Of a stretch of DNA of 64,000 nucleotides, positions 1 through 14,135 are shown in pieces; position 1 is the first letter of the stretch, and every line of letters begins with the position of its first letter. The notes beneath the pieces are model-generated. The model was given only the letters and a program-made list of their open reading frames with translations. It did no database searches and was not told the DNA's origin. The position numbers and the translations under genes are program-made. Location: assembly GCF_009914755.1 (NCBI RefSeq), contig NC_060934.1; one strand, 5' to 3'. Source of the stretch: the human T2T-CHM13v2.0 reference genome, Homo sapiens.

Positions 1-569
1 GAACGACCCCTTGGGGAAGTCTTTAAAAATCTTACCCATCACTCACCAGAAGTTCTGATTCCCAAGGTTGGGAGTAAAGTGTAGGAGCTCACCTCACTCT
101 TGGTTGCATCTCATGAGCTACATTCCTCAAGCTTAAGTAACTGACACTGTACATAGATCGTTAAGTTAAAGATACAAGAGCGATTAAGAATCCAGCATAA
201 TCTGTAAGTCAGTGATACCAAGGGTATGGGAGGCAATGAGGGCAAAGAGAGTGGTGCAGTCTGGGAAGGCCTCTGGAAAGGTTTGGAACTTGAGCAAAGC
301 TCATTGGCCATGTAAGATTTAGATAATATCAGGCAATAGTGAATGGGATGAGTCCTATCATTTGTGGACAAATTGACTAAACAATCACAATGCACATAAT
401 TTCAAATGGCCAAATAAATAATCTTCATAGTCATGGTTCAGGGTGGGTAAAATATTGAGGGTATTACTTCTCACCCCAAAATGGCCTCCATTTCCCTAAT
501 ACCCCATCTAGACCTGAAATAAGGTCAGCCCTCTTTTAGTTTCGCTGAGTTCAGTAGAACTGTCTGTAA

Positions 570-692
570 CTAGCTTTGCAACTGATCTTGTACAAGGCAA
601 TTAACTTCACTTAGTCTGATTTCCCTCGTTTGTATAATGGGAGGGTTGTGGTGGATGATTTCAGATCCCTTTCACTCTAGCATTCCATTTGA
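570..692 (+). mobile_element. MIR/MIR3 SINE remnant
   Basis: Degenerate MIR core (ttaacttcacttagtctgatttccctcgtttgtataatggg) followed by a MIR3-like end (gatgatttcagatccctttcactctagcattc). Confidence 0.6.
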
Positions 693-1239
693 CCCAGTTA
701 AATGCTTCTCATTATTACATGACTGGAAATAGGCCAGGTCAAATGATGCCCCTTCAAGCAGAACCATCAGATCCGGCTGTACACGGTAAAGATGGATATT
801 AGACTGCTCAACTTATCATCATTAGTCCCGTAGTCTCATAATGGGAATGCACTATAGTTCATATCTGTCATAGTTAGTATTTGGAAGACTCAAAGCTGGT
901 GAGATTATTCACATATTTATTCCTGTGTACCGCATATGCCACCCCACGTCTCCCCTTCATCATGTGTCTATGACAATATATTGAACAGAAAATCTCCATC
1001 AGCTGACTCTGACAGAGTGTATTATTTACAGTGGTGTCAAAATGTGCTGCTTATAATTGACTGGGCTCATAATAAACCAACCTAAGAATCTTTTCTTCTC
1101 ATATTCCTTCTTACTGGTAAATCTTCCGCTTGCATTCCTTCCTTCCATCAACACCTTCTTCATTATTTACAGAGGAGGGAACACACACCAGATGGTGCAT
1201 GAGTGATATTGTAGGGTGACTCTTTCATCTTGGGAAGGC

Positions 1240-1267
1240 CTCTCTCTCTTCTCTCTCTTTCTCTCTG
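1240..1267. repeat. (CT)n imperfect microsatellite
   Basis: ctctctctcttctctctctttctctctg. Confidence 0.7.
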
Positions 1268-1429
1268 ACTTAAGATTTTGCTGTGGTAATTAAGGGTGAG
1301 AGAAATCAAGTCAATTGGACTTAGTTTCTAAAGCAAACAGAATACACTTCTCCATTTCTCTGAGCTTCAGGAGACAATGTGGGGTGACACTAATAGTTGC
1401 ATGGGCAATTTCATTTTTTATCCTCATGT

Positions 1430-1578
1430 TTTCACTTACTATCTGTGAAACCTCGAGAAAATTACTGACCTTCTATGTGCCACGGTTATGTCATCTGTAA
1501 AATGGGGATACTGATAGTATCTAACCCATAGGAATGTTGGGACTGTTAAACAAGTAATGCACATAAAGGGCTAAACCC
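1430..1578 (+). mobile_element. MIR SINE
   Basis: cacttactatctgtgaaacctcgagaaaattactgacct...tcatctgtaaaatggggatactgatagtatctaacccatagg matches the MIR core. Confidence 0.8.
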
Positions 1579-2478
1579 AAACTAAGAACAACAACAAATA
1601 CACCTAGGCCAAGGCACACATAAAGTACGGTCATTCATGTTCCCCATTCATCAATAGAGAGCCCCCTAAAATGTTCCTGTACCAGAATGTGTTTGGAATT
1701 GCACAGGGGGAGTGGCAGCCTTTCCAGCCCCCATCCAGCAGGATGTGGATGTGCGAGGCTCTGCCCCCCTCTCCTCTCCCCAGCTGTGTACCTCCTCTTG
1801 TTCTTCTTTCAAAGACTCATTACACTTGGCATACACATGAGATTCTTACCTAGCCTGAGGAAGATTTCCAATTTTTATTTTGTGGCTCCAATAATCATAG
1901 GTATTAAGTATGACTGCCTCTCCTAGGCTAACCTGCAAAAGCCAGAGGCTGGGTTTCTGTGGCACCGTGCTCACTGAAGCAGTATTTTCCTAGTCATAGC
2001 AGCCACCTCCCATCTGCCACCTCGTCTCTCTGCCTGGAATATCCAGAAACACTTTGGTGTATTATTCCCACATTTAAATGGACAAAGTTTGCTCATAGAA
2101 AGTACTAATTTCGATGAGCATTTCTTTTTAATTTAATTGCTCTGATGAAAACCCTCATAATCATGTAATTCTTAAAGATTAGTGTAAGGTTATTGCCCTG
2201 AAAATATGTCTAGTTTGGCACACAGGGTAAATACGTGATTATTGCTAACCCTTGGTTTTACGCAAGAAAATTATCATTATCCATCAAAGCAAAAATGTTT
2301 AGTAGAATGAAGTAACTGACGGAAAAAATGCCTGAACATGGGGTCCTGTGACTGAGATTGATGGAACACTTATCATGTGGCTTTAATCCCAGACATTTGC
2401 ATATTTTCTCACAACCTTGCTTCTCCTCTCAGAGGTTTAGGTTCTTAGCTTAAAATGAGAAGGTAAAACTAAATCATA

Positions 2479-2783
2479 GGCCAGATGTGGTGGCTTACAC
2501 CTATAATCCTAGCGCTTTGGGAGGCTTAGGCAGAAGACTGCTTGAGCCCAGGAGTTCGAGACCAGCCTGGGCACATAGTGAGACCCTGTCTCTACAAATA
2601 AAACATAAAAAATTATCTGGGCATGGTGACATGTGCCTGTGGTCCCAGCTACTCAGGAGGCTGGGGTTAGAAGATTGCTTGAGTGGGGAGGTGAAGGCTG
2701 CAGTGAGCTGTGAACACACCACTGCACTGGGTGGAGTCACAGAGTGAGACCCTATCTCAAAAACCCCCATAAAAACCAATACG
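2479..2783 (+). mobile_element. AluJ (Jo-like) SINE, full-length dimer
   Basis: Two Alu arms with J-type gcttgagcccaggagttcgagaccagcctgggc and aggctgcagtgagc. TSD taaatcata at 2470-2478 and 2784-2792. Confidence 0.93.
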
Positions 2784-3079
2784 TAAATCATATGTATAGT
2801 CAAGTATTTTATCTTAAAAATCAGTTGATTTCTCTTTTTAGGCGTGCATAGAAATATTTGTTTGCTGAGCTTCTGCGACAAGTCTTACGTAATGAATAAA
2901 CTCTGGTGTTCAGTTGTCTTCTAATATAGAACATTTTAATTTCTGAGGGAAGATGCAATCATTCTTCCATTTGTGTGATTTCTTTATTTGGATGGACATA
3001 AGTGAAGATTTACTCCACCTAGGTCTCAAAAAATTGTTCAATTTTACGGTATACAAAAACATAATAGTGGACTAATCTT

Positions 3080-3190
3080 ATTTAACTGATGAGGAAACTG
3101 AGGCAAAAACACGGCCAAGGATGAATTAGCTATGGAGTCAGGAATAGGATTGGGGTGCCTTCATTCCTAGCACAGTGTTTCTTCACCTGT
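3080..3190 (-). mobile_element. MIR remnant
   Basis: gatgaggaaactgaggc...ccaagg...ggagtcaggaataggatt is the reverse MIR core. Confidence 0.65.
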
Positions 3191-4867
3191 ACCTCCTAGA
3201 ATCATGAAAGCCATAAGGTACCTGGTACCTGAACTTAGATCAAACAGCTTTAAGACAAACAGATGTGTACAGTTTCAAATGCAAAACCCAACATGAACAT
3301 ATTTGTTTGGTTTAAGGGGGCTTTCTATTTTGCATTCTCTTGCAAATGCTGTTTTCCAAAATGCTTACCGTTCAAGTTGGGTAATAGCCATCCTTCCATT
3401 GACTGATCATCCACTACCGGCTCTTGACTCTGGCATCACATCTTCGAGATAATCCGAGCTAGAGTTTGGCTGTCATCTAGAATTCACAGTTTTAGTTTAG
3501 CACTTTGCTGACTAGTACTTTGCGGGTTAGATAATGGTAGTTAGCTTTCTGAGACTCTGGGATGGCAAGCACATGGGCCATGATATTTGTAGTAGCTAGT
3601 GTTATATTGAGAAAAACTAAGGGGTCTCACCAGATGAAACCATCTTTAATATCACTTTGCTAGCTATCAATACAGCATAGTGTAGAGTTTAAAGTGCTTT
3701 ATCCACATTTACATTTCAACCACAGCCTTGTTCCCTCTAGACATGGTAGGTGAGATTTTTCATATGCCTATCACCACCAGCTATATAGATTTGTAACTTA
3801 CCATGGGTTGTAAGGTTATATTTTGGCATTTCAGAAGCTGTCCTCATTGGATGCCAGAATATTTGAAATCTTTTGGAATAAACAAGTAATTGGTTCTGTG
3901 AGAACTTATGAGTTAAAATTAACTTAATATTACCCTTCTGGGTTTATATTGGTTTCTTCTCCTGATTTTTATTTTATTAAGCACCTTTCTAAGTCCTGGT
4001 AAGGTTGGGTGTATGGACAAGGAAACCTTCTACTTGGATGAAAGAAAGCCCCATGGAAGGCTGAGTGGATGAGCGCCGACTCACCTTGGTATTTAACATG
4101 ACTACAGAATGGATAGGTCTTCACTTCTCAGGCCTCTGCTTCCCATTCCACAAAACCAAAGCTTTGTTCAGCTATTCCCTGGGTGGGGTGTTTGCCTTTC
4201 CTCTGAGAAAATATGCTGGCATTATAGAAAAGGGAGTTGAGGGGTGCGGTTTTCCTCTGGCATAGATCACTTTCATCTAATCTGAACCTCATAGAAAGCC
4301 TCTGCTGATTCAGAGGACAATGACTTTGACCTATTTATTTCAAGGACCCACCCAGGCTCAGCCCAGCAAAGGAGTACACAGTGCTTGCTCAGAACACAGC
4401 TGAAAGAGGAGGTGGTGTTCAATGGGAATCACAAAGGCTATGGTAGAAGTGAGTAATGAGAGCTGGGCTCGAGCCCTGGTCTGAGTTCAGTGTGGATGTT
4501 TAAAGGCGACCATTCTTAAGAGGCAAGAGAATTCGATACTGGGTTCAAATCTCAATTTTATTTTAAAAGTGCATCAGTAACTTGTAGCTCATTTGATGGC
4601 CTGCAGCCCAGCTTGTTTAGAAATCCCTTCTATTCTCTCTGGTACTCCAAGTCCCAAAGAATCTGTTCTGATGGTGTGGTTACACATCCAGCCAAGCACA
4701 GCCTTAGGTTGCTCTCAACTCAGAACTCACCCTATCACACGTTGACGAATGCAAGAGCCTGTTAGAGACACTGGAACCCAAGATGGTGAGTAATACTAAA
4801 CAAAGGCCAAACTCTCTAAAATGCTTAGGCCAGGAAGAAGGACAATGGGGAAAAAAAGTTTGGATCA

Positions 4868-5092
4868 GTATGTATATGTGTGTGTGTATCTGTATGTGTA
4901 CTATATGTGTGTGCATAGTGTATACATATGTGCATATATTTGTAATATGTAAAAATTATATCTATAATTGTATTCATGTACATATATACATATATGTTCA
5001 TGTGTACATATATATGTATATTTATATCCATATATATTTATATTCATATGTGTATATAGGTATTCCCATCGTATGTGCATGTATAGTGTGCC
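4868..5092. repeat. (TA/TG/CA)n alternating purine-pyrimidine low-complexity tract
   Basis: About 220 nt of tatatgtgtgtgtgtat/catatatacatat. Produces the spurious 104-aa YIYV-type ORF. Confidence 0.9.
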
Positions 5093-5899
5093 TATGAAGG
5101 ACAAAGCGCGGTGCAAAGCACTGTGGGGAATACTTGGTAGATTAAGACACAGGTCTTCCTCTCAAGGATCTAGAGGGCATGTAGTTATTAAAAGCTGTTA
5201 ACTATCCCAGGAATGCCTACCCTTCTCCATGATTTGGTAGCTGATATAGGATAATTTGCCCCTGGATTTTGTGAATAATAAAGAACAGAAGGCTGGTATC
5301 ACAACACTTGCTGTGGTCAGTTTCTCTCCTCTCTCCTGAAAGGCAGTAATCACATTTTCTAGTTGTACTGCCTGCTTTTAGGAAAGGTCTCTGCTGCTAT
5401 CCAACCAGCACAGTCCCTCTTTGCTTCAGGGTCTTGGCAAGAGCAGGTTCTGATTCTGAAGCATTAACATTCTTCAGGGCTCTGACTCCCCTCAGAGGTC
5501 TGTTTGCTTCTGACCCTGCAGATGCAGGGCATCACGGATGTTTATTTGTCTGTTACCTAAACTCAGGACACATGCACAGCAGTAAATTCTTCATTTGCCA
5601 GAGTTAATCACAGCCATGCTATAGCTTATATCATTCCCACTGCCCATTGGGAAAGCCTTGAAAATATAGATGGGATTTGTTCTCCAGCAAATAAGTTCAA
5701 CAAACCAGATTGGTGAGACTACACAGAGGGAGAGGTTTGAGTTGGAGTCCCTCCTTGGGTAATATCTTATTCCATTCCTGCCAAGGATCAAATTTAAGAC
5801 TTGCTGCATTCCAAAAAAATAGACTAGTGACAACTTGGAGTGGAGGGAAACAAGAAAAGGTTCTGTTTGTTTGCTTTTTCATTAAACATTTTTAAAAAT

Positions 5900-6410
5900 T
5901 AAGAAGTAATGGAGAAAAATATAATGTTACTCATGTTTTCCCAATTCAACTGAATATGAGAAAGTGCTAACATTTTGTCATATGGACTTCAGATCATTTT
6001 TATTATTAAGAAATAAAATATTTAGAAATAATTGAAGTCCCTCACATTCCTCTCCCTAGTCCCAGCTTCCCCAAAGCAAATATTGTCATGCATTTGGTGT
6101 GTAGCTAGTCCTTTTATCCTTTTATTGCGTAGATCTGTATACAGCTATAAATAGTATACGGCATTGTTTTAGTACTTTTAAAAATTATTATCACAGTGTT
6201 ATACTATACCTTTTAACAATGTGTTTTTATTTTATCAACATTGCGTTTTTCAGAATTATCTGTGTTGAGGTATATACATTGTGTTCACTCATTTTAACTG
6301 CTATACAGTACTCCATCATATAAATTTGATGCAGCTTATTTATTCATTCCTACACAGATGATCATTTCCAAATTTTTGCTATTGTGAGCAAAGCTGCAAT
6401 GCACACCCAT
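5900..6410 (-). mobile_element. Ancient L1 (L1ME-type) 3' region
   Basis: ttcactcattttaactgctatacagtactccatc...ttattcattcctacacagatg...tttgctattgtgagcaaagctgcaatgcacac resembles an antisense L1M 3' end. Confidence 0.7.
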
Positions 6411-6413
6411 ATA

Positions 6414-6541
6414 TAGTCAACCCTCCATATCCATGGTTTTTCATCTGTGGATTTAACTGTGGATTGAAAATATTTGAAAAATAATTGTGTCTGTACTGAA
6501 CATGAAACAGACTTATTTTCTTGTCATTATTCCCTAATAAT
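6414..6541 (+). mobile_element. MER2 (TcMar-Tigger) one-end fragment
   Basis: tagtcaaccctccatatccatgg...tctgtactgaacatgaaacagacttattttcttgtcattattccctaa matches one end of the MER2 consensus. The other end is absent. Confidence 0.8.
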
Positions 6542-6659
6542 GAGTTCTACAGATATCTTCTATGTCAAGATTGCTAATCATGCTGCTTTTTCTTCTAAAT
6601 TTAATTTTTTCTTAATATTTTGTAACCATGTTTATGTGTTTCTCATAAAGGTGTTTTAT

Positions 6660-6925
6660 TAATGAAGTTAAGCTAGTAACTAGTACTTCCAAAATCTAGT
6701 AGGTTAACACAACAAAAATCTTGTACAAAGTGAGCTATGTAATTGTGTGATTCCTGCAGTCCACTTGGTGACTCACAGATCCAGGTTTTCATCTCAAGAA
6801 AAAGCAGGTTGGAGCTGCCACGTTGCGTGGAAAACTTACACCCACTTACTTATGCTTTGGCTGGGAAGTGGCACATGTTAATTCCACTCAGAGCCCTTTG
6901 GGCAGACCTGCCTTGTATTTCTAGG
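6660..6925 (-). mobile_element. Old MaLR LTR (MLT1J/K/L-like) remnant
   Basis: ccaaaatctagtaggttaacacaacaaaaat and ggaagtggcacatgttaattccactcag are motifs typical of MLT1. Confidence 0.55.
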
Positions 6926-6974
6926 TGCAGAGTGGTCTTTATTTATTATGCTCAGCTGAGTTGGTGTGTGCCTT

Positions 6975-9900
6975 TAGTGTGAGAATTTAGAGTTTTCCTT
7001 AGTTATGGAAAAGTTCTCTATTGTTAGCTGTTTAAATTGCTTCTCAGTAGTCCTGCTGTGGCCTAAATTCTGGAAATTGTGTTCGGTATATGTTGGAGAC
7101 TCCATACTACTTGATTTCTTTCTTTTTTTTTTTTTAACCTCGTTATGTCTCAGTGCTGCACTCAGAATTATTTCCTCACTACTGCCTTCCAGTTCACTAG
7201 TGTTCTCTTTAACCATGGAAACTCTTGCGTTAATTTCATTTATAGAGTTTGGAGATTTCAATTATATTATTTCTGTCTTCTAGTTTCTATATTGATTATT
7301 TTGTTAGTCATTTTTCTCATTTTATATCTATTAGTTTACATAGTGCTTTCTTATTCAAAAGGATATTATCTTTTACTTTAAGTATTTTTTAAGGTTTTTC
7401 AGAGACAATTATGTGCACTTTTTTCTGTAGTCAAATTTTCCTCTGATTGTTGAGTTCTGTGGATATCTTCTTGGTTCTGTTTTTCCTTATTGGTTTTGAA
7501 TTTTAGGTTGCTTGCTCATCTAGAGTGAAAATTATCTTTAAAAATAAACCTTTAAATATCCATCATGTTTTGCAGATTTTCAGTAGTTTCCATGTGGCTC
7601 CCTGAGAATCTCAGGCCAGAAACAACTTCTATGTTAGTGGACTAGGATTCCTGTCTCATAGTGGTATTGGGGATATTGCAGATCCAGTACTTAGCAGCTT
7701 GTCACATATCTGGTCTGTGTGACTTGCTCTGTTCATTCCTGTCTCACATGTACATGGTGATATAGTTCACAGCCTTAATTTTTCTCATTTTACCCATTCA
7801 GGTTGGAGACCCTACGAGTTTTATGCTGTGAGTCAGGCTTGTGTCCCTAAATCAGTGTTCAGTGACAGCCTTCTCTTTGCCTTTGTCTGTTTCTAACCTA
7901 GAGTTCAACAACCCCATGGTTCCAGCATTTTTTCCTTGATGTCTGTTTCAGTACTTTTCCAGTGTATAAGAGATATTCATCTTGTATTGGGTATAGATAC
8001 AACTTCTAATTTTTGAAATTTCAGCTAGAATTGCTTTTTGTGGTGTAGCAAGGAAAATGTATTGAATGTTTAAGTTTACAATGTTATCTTGACTAGAAAT
8101 CTTTTACATTTATTTTAAAGAGTTTATTTTGATAGTAAAAGAATAGATGTTCATTAACATCTTGAAAAGCATATAGAAAATATTTAAATAACCAAAAATA
8201 TAACTGCATAAAATAATTACAGTTAACATGTCAGTGTGTTGTCATCTATATTTTGCTTTTCACTGAATAGAATTCACACTATATATTTCGTTTTATATCC
8301 TTCTCTTTTATACCAGCCATTATAGGGTGGATTTACCATGCCATAAAATAATCTTCAAAAGCAATTTTTTTAACAGCCCCTTAATGTCCCAACATATGGA
8401 GGTACTATAAAAACATAAATCATCCAAATTTTAATATCTCTCTTAGCATAAATTAACAAGTAATTACTTAGTAAAAGAGTATGAATATTTGTAAGGCACT
8501 TGATACATAATGAAACATTTTGATCCAAATACGCTATTTCCAATTTACATTCCAATGGTAGCGTAATCATTCTCTAGCCAGTACTAGGTATTTTCTCTCC
8601 AATTTTACCAGTAGGATAGATGAAAAGTGCCGTCTGTTGACATGTTAGTGCTCTGAAATATTCCGATATCTCTTTTGATATTATTTCTTAAATTCTAATT
8701 CTTTAGCTGTATTTTTTTCTAAATGAGACTCTAGATTCCTCTCCTTTTCTGGTTTTCCCAGAGAACCTGTTTTAATATTTTCCATTTTTCATGATTTTTG
8801 CTTACATGCATTTTTTCTTCTTTAGCCTTTTGTTGTGCAAGCATTCTTATTTTATGACTCTTTAGGCTGATTGTTTAATTAATTAATTTTAGTAATCTGT
8901 CAATTCACAGGCTTACATGCTTTGTTAACTTCTGAGTCTATATTCTGTAAGTCTTGATATGAATTTGCTTATTTTCATTTATTTCCAAAGTAGGTATAGC
9001 AGATGTTTATTTACTTTGTGATCTAATGTTTATTGAGGAAATCCCCAGATTTATTTCATCTTTTAACTTAGATTTCTGACATTATAATTTTATTAAATTG
9101 AAGTTTGAGAATACAGTTTTTTTCTTTCAAGAACTTTATCAAATATACTAAATGAATTGACAAATTTTAAAATGCCTCAGGGGTATTTGAAAAGAACTTA
9201 CATTTTCTTTTTGAAGGGTATAAGGAAATATATGTATATATATGAGTTTATGTATTTATTTATAATTATGTTATTCAAAGATTTCATTCCTTTTAATATT
9301 TGTTTAATCTGGCTGACAATTGTATAATATTTTTCAGCTCTTCACTTCTGGTAGTTTTTGCTAAATAGATTTTGGTGTTTGATGAATATATTATATGTGT
9401 CATAAGTTATATGTCCTTTATATCTTCATTGCAGAGGATTCCTTTTCTCAGCACAAAATATTATCTTCTTTTCCCAGATATTGCTTTCTGACTTATATAT
9501 TGTTGCTATCATTGTTTTTTGCAAGACTTTCTCGTATACTATTGTTTCAATAAAACCATCTTTTACATTTTATTTAAATATTTTTGGTGAGCTGTATGTA
9601 CTTGATTTTGTAACACCTATTAGGAAAACTTAAGGCATTTATATCTGTTGCTATAGCATATATTTGGGCTTAATTTTATAACTTTGTTTAATGCTTTCTT
9701 GCTTTTTCCTTTTTATTCTGGGTTTTGTCTGTTTTCATCTTATGTAGAGGTTTGGAAGATCAAAATATTTTCATTAATTGTACTAGTGATAATCCTTTTG
9801 TTTATAAACTATATACTAAATCCTATATTCCTCTGTCAAATTCAAGTACCAGTTTCTAATGAGAAATGTAAATTATCTGGACTTTTCCTGACTTTCTACT

Positions 9901-11200
9901 TCTCTGTATTTATCAGTGTTTATTCCTTTTACCTGGTGTTATGCTATCAACATTTTATGATAAAATCCTGATTTTTAAAAATATATGACTTTTCCAGACT
10001 TTGAATTTAATTTTGTGCCCATGTTACAACAGTTCTTCATATGTTTTCCTAAAAAGTTAATTGATTTCAAAGTTCCTTGCCATTTTCTTTATAGTTTAGC
10101 TATTGCAGTCTTGATTTCACAGTCTTGAGTTCTTGATTTCTCTTTTTCTTTATTAGTTGACAGACATTCATTTTTCGTGTGCTTTCTCAGGAAGAGAATA
10201 AAAATGATTAATGTTTTTATGATTTTAAGCTTAGTAAAATGTCTTCCTGCAACCTTTTTACATGAACAACTTGGACATAAACCTCTTAAGTTATAGACTT
10301 TTCTAGTCATTGCTCTGGACAAATCGTTTCATTGTCTTCTGACATTTATTTGATTTTGCAAAGAAGGGTGAGGCCAGCCTTATTTTTGCTACTTTAGAGA
10401 TAAGCTCTCATTCCTCTTTTCATTTTTGTAGGATTTTAAATTTATCATTGAGATTTAAAACACAATAGAACTTCCCTAATATTTCTAGTCACTAAAAAAG
10501 TTCATTTCATTTGGTTCTCACTAAGCCATTTTATTTAAAGCCTTATAAGCATATAAAACTTATAAAGTCTTTCTCTGGGGCAATTTCTATTTTATTAATT
10601 CTTTTGTGATAAATTTTCTGTTCCTTCCTCAGTAACACTTCATCTGGATCTAAATTGTCCTCCACGTCTGTCATCTTCTCTTCTATATTTTTCCTCGGAA
10701 TATTGAGAAATATTCTTTAAATTTTCTTCCACATTATTATTTTACATTGTTTCAGTTTTACTTCTGTTTATATTGCCTCAAATATGGACTTTCATTTTAC
10801 CATTGGATTTTGGGTTTCCTAGGTTAATTTCTTAATTCGGCCAGTTTACTAATTATCTCTTCATTCATCTCAGAATAATTTTTCCTTTGACACTCTGATT
10901 CTCTTTTACAGAGTCTGTTTTACAGAGTTTTTGAGGATAGCAAACAGATGAGTTCTAAATCTTGCTTTTGTCTCATGTAAAAATAAAATTTCAAATATAT
11001 CCTCCTCATCTGAGTCAACATGGAAGAGCTCCTATTCTAGATGATATTGTTGTCTTTTTTTGTAGAATCCATAGTGGCAGATGTATACATATGTTTTTCT
11101 ATGCTCATTTTTGAATAGGGATTGTTGTGCTCTAAGACCAACAAGCAGGTTCTGTGGCATGTTCCTTGCTTCTGTGTCACTCTAATTTGGTAGGATTCTA
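6975..11200 (-). mobile_element. Cluster of highly decayed L1M/HAL1-type fragments (ORF1-like, ORF2 and 3' pieces)
   Basis: T-rich antisense L1 motifs, e.g. ccttccagttcactagtgttctcttt (~7190) and cattgtcttctgacatt...gaggccagccttatttttgctactttag (~10330-10400). Boundaries approximate. Confidence 0.6.
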
Positions 11201-11273
11201 CTCTTGAAGTTTGAAGTGATGTACTTAATTTGGGATGTCTAGGAAGCATTCTTCTGTGTGTTTCTGATTTGCA

Positions 11274-12022
<749 letters not shown>

Positions 12023-12639
12023 CGATGCTTTGTCTTTACCCATTTATAATTATTTTCTTCAAAGGAATGACCTATCCCTAAAATCTTCCTGTATTTTCTT
12101 CATTGCTTGATTGAGGAAGTATGAAGAGAATTCTAGCCCTCTATGGCTCTGAGGTCACTTATCAGATGGCTCATCAGTGTGGACAGGAAGTGGGTGGCAT
12201 CTTGACATGCTTTAAGTCAACTAGATTGTGTATGCCTATGTCCTATGCTCTTATTTTGCTTCTTCAAATACACCTAAGTGTGAGGGAGCATTCAATTTGG
12301 ATGTAGACAATAATATATGGTAAGAAGCTCTGGGATCTGGGTCAGGGCCTCAAGGTCCATCTGATTGCAGCAGGGATGTGGGAAGGCCATGTGAGGTCCA
12401 GAACAATTAACTCTCTTTTAAATGAAACACCTAATCACTCACCTGTTTCTGCTGCCCTCAGAATTTTAGAAAATCACTGAAATGGAATGAAATTAAAACT
12501 TACCTACTCCAACTCCTTTAACAGGCAGATGGTGTGAAATTTAAGATGGGAACTGAATGAAAAAAAAAAAGATATCCATCAGGTAAAGATGAGAACAGAG
12601 GATGCAGATGGCTAGAAAGCTGGTACAAAGATGTGAAGT

Positions 12640-12945
12640 AGAGGGTCTAAAAGAAAGCCAGGAATAGTTGACGTATAGTGGGCTAGCAAGAAAATGGAAA
12701 ACAGTGTCCAGGAAGAAGATATTTTTATGTTGGGGTAAGGAGTTTGGATTTAATTAAAGTGTTATTGGAAGGCCCTGGGGGAGGATGGTTTAAAAAGTTA
12801 AGTAACCTAATATGATCAGTTAACAGCAAAATGTTTATGTATTTGTTTTATTCACTCATACACTTGTATATTCTTTCATTCAATAAGTAAACTCATATTT
12901 ATCAAATAACCACTACATGTGATGGAGTTATATCCTAGGATTCCA
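12640..12945 (-). mobile_element. L2 LINE remnants
   Basis: ggagtttggatttaattaaagtgttattggaaggcc and cattcaataagtaaactcatatttatcaaataaccactacatgtg. Confidence 0.5.
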
Positions 12946-12989
12946 AATTCCTAGTATAAGGGGTATTTCTATTATGCCATGCAACTTCT

Positions 12990-13122
12990 CTACTGGACAG
13001 TAAACTTTGTGTGAACAGGGTCTGGACTTCTATATATTTGAATCTCCTAAGACTTCAACAGTCATAGGAGTACCTGACTTATGGTAGCCCCTAAATAAAT
13101 ATACTTGATAGATGAATGATAA
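12990..13122 (+). mobile_element. L2 3' end
   Basis: ctggacagtaaactttgtgtgaacaggg...tacctgacttatggtagcccctaaataaatatacttgatagatgaatga. Confidence 0.65.
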
Positions 13123-13984
13123 GTAATATTCTATAATGTTCACAGAGGTCTCTGAAATAGAAGAATATTTCTAAAGCACAGTTAAAGATAGTCATCATTA
13201 GCAGTGACCAGGATTCCCTGCAGGGCACAGTTCCATAAAGCTCTTGTAAGGACTGATCAGTGGGTTGGATCCATTGACTCTTTTAATCAGGCTAAATATG
13301 CTGTCCCTTCTATGCATATATTTGCTGGGATTCTGCCATGCCAGTACTAGTTTGGCCATGTTGATATGAAAGAGTAAGGATTTGTCTATTTAGTTGCCAA
13401 CTAAGGTGTAATGAAATCTCATGGCAAAGTGTATATGAATTCAAATAGGAGCCAAGCCCTTCACCTCTACTGTGGGTTATATGACATACAGAGTCTTCTT
13501 GAAACATGTATTCCCAAGACTTTCAACAGTGCAACATCTGTTTTACTTTGAGGGGGCTATGATAAGCATCTGCTTAGAGGAATGATCTGAACAAAACCAG
13601 GGCACATTTGTTTGCCATGCTATAGATTATCTAGTCTTACATTGTTAATGAATAAATCATGCAGGATGGATAAACCGGTAACCACAACAGCATGTTTCAT
13701 ACTGCATTTAAGACATTAATTTATGCATTCATATATTTTTCCTGTAGACACTAAAAAATTTATGTTTTAAATAGAAGATCACATGGATTTTGATGTAGCT
13801 CAGCAGTTGGATGTAGATTCCAGAAATTCCTTTATTAAATTAGAGCCCAGTTGGCTGATTAGGGTTCTAATGTTCATAATTGTACCATTTGATGCATTAA
13901 GATAAGTGAGCCAAAGATAAAAATATAGTGTTTTATGAGAACATAAAATGCATATCTATGTACATATTCCATGTTTGTATGAGA

Positions 13985-14135
13985 CATTACATTTAATCCT
14001 CAAAACTCATTTCAAAGTTCATGTCGTGAACGTTTACAAAAGTTCAGGAACCTCTTAAAGTCACATAGGCAATTAGTAGCAGAGTCTGAACTGAGAATCA
14101 CATCTTCTCAGGCATAATCTAGTTTTCCTGGCTTA
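13985..14135 (-). mobile_element. MIR remnant
   Basis: catttaatcctcaaaact...aagtcacataggcaattagtagcagagtctgaactgaga. Confidence 0.6.

Noticed and set aside
4783-5201. Overlapping 68-104 aa ORFs
   Set aside because: Products of a TA/TG low-complexity tract.
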